Under the pieces are notes generated by a model. It had not been told where the DNA came from and did not search any database. It saw nothing but the letters and a program-made list of their open reading frames with translations. Both the position numbers and the translations under genes were made by a program. This document shows positions 60,557 to 64,000 of a stretch of 64,000 bases of DNA, one piece after another. Source of the DNA: Candidatus Bathyarchaeota archaeon. Its GTDB lineage: Archaea; Thermoproteota; Bathyarchaeia; Bathyarchaeales; Bathycorpusculaceae. The first letter of the stretch is position 1. Every line of letters starts with the position of its first letter. Location of the stretch: contig CAVYRJ010000003.1 in the NCBI GenBank assembly GCA_963770935.1, forward strand, positions 1 through 64,000. Direction: 5' to 3'.

Positions 60557-61549
60557 TTGTTGTTGAAGAATTTCCATGGAAACATTTATGCTACAAAATC
60601 ACTAAACAAACCTGTTAAGGTGCAACAGTTGCATACTAAACAAATTGGGAAAAATCTGTTCATGGTGGATCTGGAAACTGGAGGTTTCAAAAACCTAATA
60701 TGCAGCTATGTAATAAGAGGAGAAAAGCCTTTTCTTGTGGAGTCAGGTCCAACTAACTCTATCTCAAACCTGCTTTCTGGTTTAGAAGAGCTTGACGTAA
60801 AGTTTGAGGATGTTGAATATGTTGCTGTCACCCACGTCCACCTTGACCATGGCGGCGGCGCAGGCACCTTGCTAAAATCTCTGCCAAATGCCAAGGTTAT
60901 TGTTCACCCAAGAGGTTTGCCGCACCTAGTTGATCCTAAACGGCTTTGGCCTTCATCTCAAGAAGTTTTGGGGTTTGTCAGCGAAATCTTTGGTAAACCA
61001 GAACCAGTCCCTAAAGAGCGAATAATCCCAGTTACTGTAGGTTCTTTTGATTTAGGTTATGGGGAAAAATTAAAAGTCACGGAAACGGTTGGTCACGCCT
61101 CGCATAACCTTAGTTTTCAGGAATCGTTTAACGGTGGAGTGTTTCCAGGAGATGCAGCTGGCACTTACCTTCCAGAATTTGACGTTGTAGTCCCCACCAC
61201 GCCTCCGCCCTTCTATTTGGATGCAGCTTTAGCTTCCTTAGACAAACTAATTAGCCTAAAACCAACTGTAATTTATTTTAGTCATTTTGGGAAAGCCACT
61301 GATGCGGTGCAGCGTCTCAGAGACTACAAGCTTCAGCTTCAACTTTGGGCAGACATCGCTAAGGATGGTGTTAAGAAAAATCAGAGATTAGAGGAAATCC
61401 GTGACAGAATAATCCAAGAAGACAAAGCAATGAACCGAGTTATCGGGTATGTAAAATCGCATCCGATTTACTCAAAAACAATGCTTGAAAATTGTGTTAA
61501 AGGCTTTACAGAATACGCCAAACAAAGCAGGGTTCATAAAAGTTTATAG
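60557..61549 (+). CDS. MBL-fold metallo-hydrolase (true start probably ~60620-60630)
   Basis: THVHLDHGGG, GHASH, GDAAG, HFG. Confidence 0.9.
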   Translation: MLLKNFHGNIYATKSLNKPVKVQQLHTKQIGKNLFMVDLETGGFKNLICSYVIRGEKPFLVESGPTNSISNLLSGLEELDVKFEDVEYVAVTHVHLDHGGGAGTLLKSLPNAKVIVHPRGLPHLVDPKRLWPSSQEVLGFVSEIFGKPEPVPKERIIPVTVGSFDLGYGEKLKVTETVGHASHNLSFQESFNGGVFPGDAAGTYLPEFDVVVPTTPPPFYLDAALASLDKLISLKPTVIYFSHFGKATDAVQRLRDYKLQLQLWADIAKDGVKKNQRLEEIRDRIIQEDKAMNRVIGYVKSHPIYSKTMLENCVKGFTEYAKQSRVHKSL

Positions 61550-61584
61550 TCTCAATCAGCCTTTGATGTGGACGGTGAAGATTT

Positions 61585-63063
61585 TTGGGTGAAAATGAAA
61601 GTAGAGGCGCTCCCGAGCGGGTTCCATTAGAAAAAGTTAACGATTACATGTGGCAGATTCCCAAATACAAGCCTCAGATGCGGGTTCCAGGCATGATTTT
61701 TGCTAACCAAGCATTGTTGGAGAAAATGCAGACAGACCGAACGCTTTGGCAATGCTCAAACGTGGCTCAGTTGCCGGGCATCTACAAGCATGCAATTACG
61801 CTTCCGGATGGTCATGAGGGTTATGGCTTTCCCATTGGTGGTGTCGCAGCAACTGACTATGAAAGCGGCGTCATCAGTCCCGGCGGAGTCGGCTACGACA
61901 TTAACTGCGGCGTCAGACTTCTATCGACAACTCTAACGGAAAAAGATGTTCGTCCTAAACTTGCGATTCTTGCAGAAACTATTTTCCGCAATGTTCCCTC
62001 GGGACTTGGCAGCCGCAGAAAAGATTTCACTATATCCCAACGTGACCTAGAATCTTTAGTCGTTGAAGGCGTTCAGTGGCTTATTGACCGAGGATTAGGT
62101 TGGGCAGGCGATGCAGAGCACTGCGAAGAAAATGGACACATGAAAAACGCCAACCCTGACAAAGTTTCGAACACAGCTAAAAACCGCGGCTTAACCCAAA
62201 TCGGCACCCTTGGCTCAGGAAACCATTTCCTTGAAATCCAGAAAGTTGACAAAATCTTCAATCCCAAAACTGCCAAAGCCTTCGGTATCACTGAGGAAGG
62301 ACAAGTTACCGTTATGATTCACTGCGGTTCAAGAGGTTATGGTCACCAGGTCTGCTCAGACTACCTTCGAGTGATGGAGCATGCTGTTCAGAAATACAAA
62401 ATATCACTGCCTGACCGAGAATTAGCCTGTGCCCCTGGAAACAGCCCTGAAGCACGCGACTACATCGAGGCAATGGCTTGCGCTGTTAACTATGCGTTCT
62501 GTAATCGTCAGGCGATTATGCATTGGGTCCGGCAGAGTTTCCACCAAGTCTATGGTCAGGACCCCGAAAAATTCGGCTTAAATCTGATCTACGACGTCGC
62601 CCACAACATCGCAAAAGTAGAAACCCACAACATTGATGGCGAACAAAAGAAAGTCTGGGTTCACCGCAAAGGAGCCACACGCGCCTTCCCCGCTGGACAC
62701 CCAGATGTCCCCGACGATTACCGAAGTGAAGGGCAACCTGTGCTTATACCAGGAAGTATGGGCACGAGTTCATGGGTTTTAGTTGGTTCACAGAAAGCGA
62801 TGGATTTGACTTTCGGTTCAACCGCACACGGTGCAGGCAGAATGATGAGTCGCTCAGCTGCAAAGCGCCAATATTGGGGTGGCGACATAAAGGCGGGCTT
62901 GGAGAAACGTGGCATCATAGTTCGTGCAGCCAGCGCTTCGGTTCTAGCTGAAGAAGCTGACCCAGCATACAAAAACGTGGATATGGTTGCGGACGTGAGC
63001 GACAAAGTTGGGATTGCAACCAAAGTTGCTAGACTTGTTCCACTTGCAGTTGTGAAAGGTTAA
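61585..63063 (+). CDS. rtcB: RNA-splicing ligase RtcB
   Basis: PDGHEGYGFPIG, GYDINCG, GSGNHF, HCGSRG, HNIAK, HGAGR, AYK. Confidence 0.97.
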   Translation: MGENESRGAPERVPLEKVNDYMWQIPKYKPQMRVPGMIFANQALLEKMQTDRTLWQCSNVAQLPGIYKHAITLPDGHEGYGFPIGGVAATDYESGVISPGGVGYDINCGVRLLSTTLTEKDVRPKLAILAETIFRNVPSGLGSRRKDFTISQRDLESLVVEGVQWLIDRGLGWAGDAEHCEENGHMKNANPDKVSNTAKNRGLTQIGTLGSGNHFLEIQKVDKIFNPKTAKAFGITEEGQVTVMIHCGSRGYGHQVCSDYLRVMEHAVQKYKISLPDRELACAPGNSPEARDYIEAMACAVNYAFCNRQAIMHWVRQSFHQVYGQDPEKFGLNLIYDVAHNIAKVETHNIDGEQKKVWVHRKGATRAFPAGHPDVPDDYRSEGQPVLIPGSMGTSSWVLVGSQKAMDLTFGSTAHGAGRMMSRSAAKRQYWGGDIKAGLEKRGIIVRAASASVLAEEADPAYKNVDMVADVSDKVGIATKVARLVPLAVVKG

Positions 63064-63215
63064 TATTCCAATTCCTTTTTTGTTAAAGTTTCTCTAATTA
63101 ATCAGTTTATGAAAAAGTTTTAAGGTTAAATTAGAACTTTCTAAGTGAAAATTAATATCTTATAATAACCAAGTGTACAATAGGGATTTTCCTTTTCGCT
63201 TGCTGGTGCAGCGTC

Positions 63216-63873
63216 ATGAAAGATGAATGTGGAATTTGCGGCAGAGTTATGCGGACAACATATATGCGCAAGTGTGAACGCTGCAAAAAACTGTTCTGCC
63301 GAGACTGTATGGTACCCGATGTTGCCACTGGCGACCCAAACATGATGCTGTGCCTTCACTGCGCTAGGCGCGTAGTTTCGCCGCGGACAGTATCCAAGTA
63401 CTCTGGGCTTGAAGGTCACTTAAAGTTTAGAGCTGCATTCACAAGTTTGGTTAAGCTCTCCTTTGCCAGAATAGACGGGTTAATCGGCAGCAATCTACCA
63501 ATGGCTGCTTACCGAGACCCTGCATGGTGGAGCAACGCATCCTCCAGTATTCATGCAAAAGCTTGGCTGAATGCAGGCTGGGATGTGCAGGAAGTCAACT
63601 TCAAAGAAGGCTACGTTACCTTCAAGAAAGTACGTACTGTGACCATTCAAAAAATCCAAACAGAAAAAACTAGAAATTACCCAGCCTTTCACACCAGTAC
63701 CTGTGCATAGACCAAAATCAAAGATTCCTTCAAAAACTAAAGTTTCAAAACTGTATGCAAGAATCAAGAACCTTGAACGGCAACGTGCCATGCCGCGTCA
63801 GCCAATTCGAGGCTTCAAACCCAGATCACAATATCAAAAGCGCCTGTTCAAGTCCAACGAAAAACCGCAATAA
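63216..63873 (+). CDS. Conserved Zn-finger hypothetical protein; +1 indel near 63641
   Basis: Four CxxC pairs, SKY..L, LP..AY...WWSN...AWL.AGW; shifted frame continues KKSKQKKLEITQPFTP...KPQ to TAA 63873. Confidence 0.7.
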
Positions 63874-64000
63874 CAACCAAAACCGATGCGTTCATTATCC
63901 TATTTGTTTGCCACAATTCACACAATACACGGCAAAGGCTTTGTTGCTTGAACCGCAAAAGATGCAGAATTTGGAACCTTCTGAATTAGCAATTTCTGCT

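Noticed and set aside
36272-63791. Many short antisense or alternate-frame ORFs in the track
   Set aside because: They are shadows of well-supported genes.
1-64000. CRISPR array, cas genes, rRNA, reverse transcriptase/DGR
   Set aside because: No regularly spaced repeats, no recognisable cas or RT motifs and no adenine-specific TR/VR pair seen; the mismatches in the 71-bp repeat are not restricted to A.

Overview
Archaeal chromosome segment, most likely Bathyarchaeia (inferred from TFB, Gar1, L7Ae/S28e/L24e/L40e, Alba, archease/RtcB, a Cys-rich Cren7-like protein and large signal-peptide/beta-propeller/C-terminal-anchor proteins). Four zones. (1) 1-9 kb: redox/iron/desiccation stress genes (peroxiredoxin, wHTH-VIT1 fusion, ferritin-like, flavodoxin, three KGG hydrophilins, B12 radical SAM). 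(2) ~9.2-16.8 kb: a decaying defence-like island downstream of tRNA-Arg(CCG), with a UvrD/HelD helicase-nuclease carrying an in-frame stop and two HEPN proteins. (3) 16937-35453: an 18.5-kb integrative element bounded by a perfect 21-bp repeat of the 5' end of that tRNA, an unusual target. It carries a Zn-ribbon tyrosine integrase, a Cren7-like gene, a nested repeat-bounded 1.6-kb cassette, three beta-propeller surface-protein genes with related 5'-terminal hairpin leaders, a TrmB regulator, and a ParB-ATPase-GNAT module with a canonical-looking -1 frameshift signal. (4) 35.5-64 kb: housekeeping genes (DUF2090 aldolase-glpX, aspS, sucCD, tfb, r-proteins, dapA-dapB-asd-lysA-dapF-dapL, Mtd-like dehydrogenase, adk, rtcB). 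Several isolated 1-nt indels, including one in lysA, suggest assembly errors, so frameshift-based pseudogene calls are provisional. All calls come from motif recognition by eye; no searches or folding were run.
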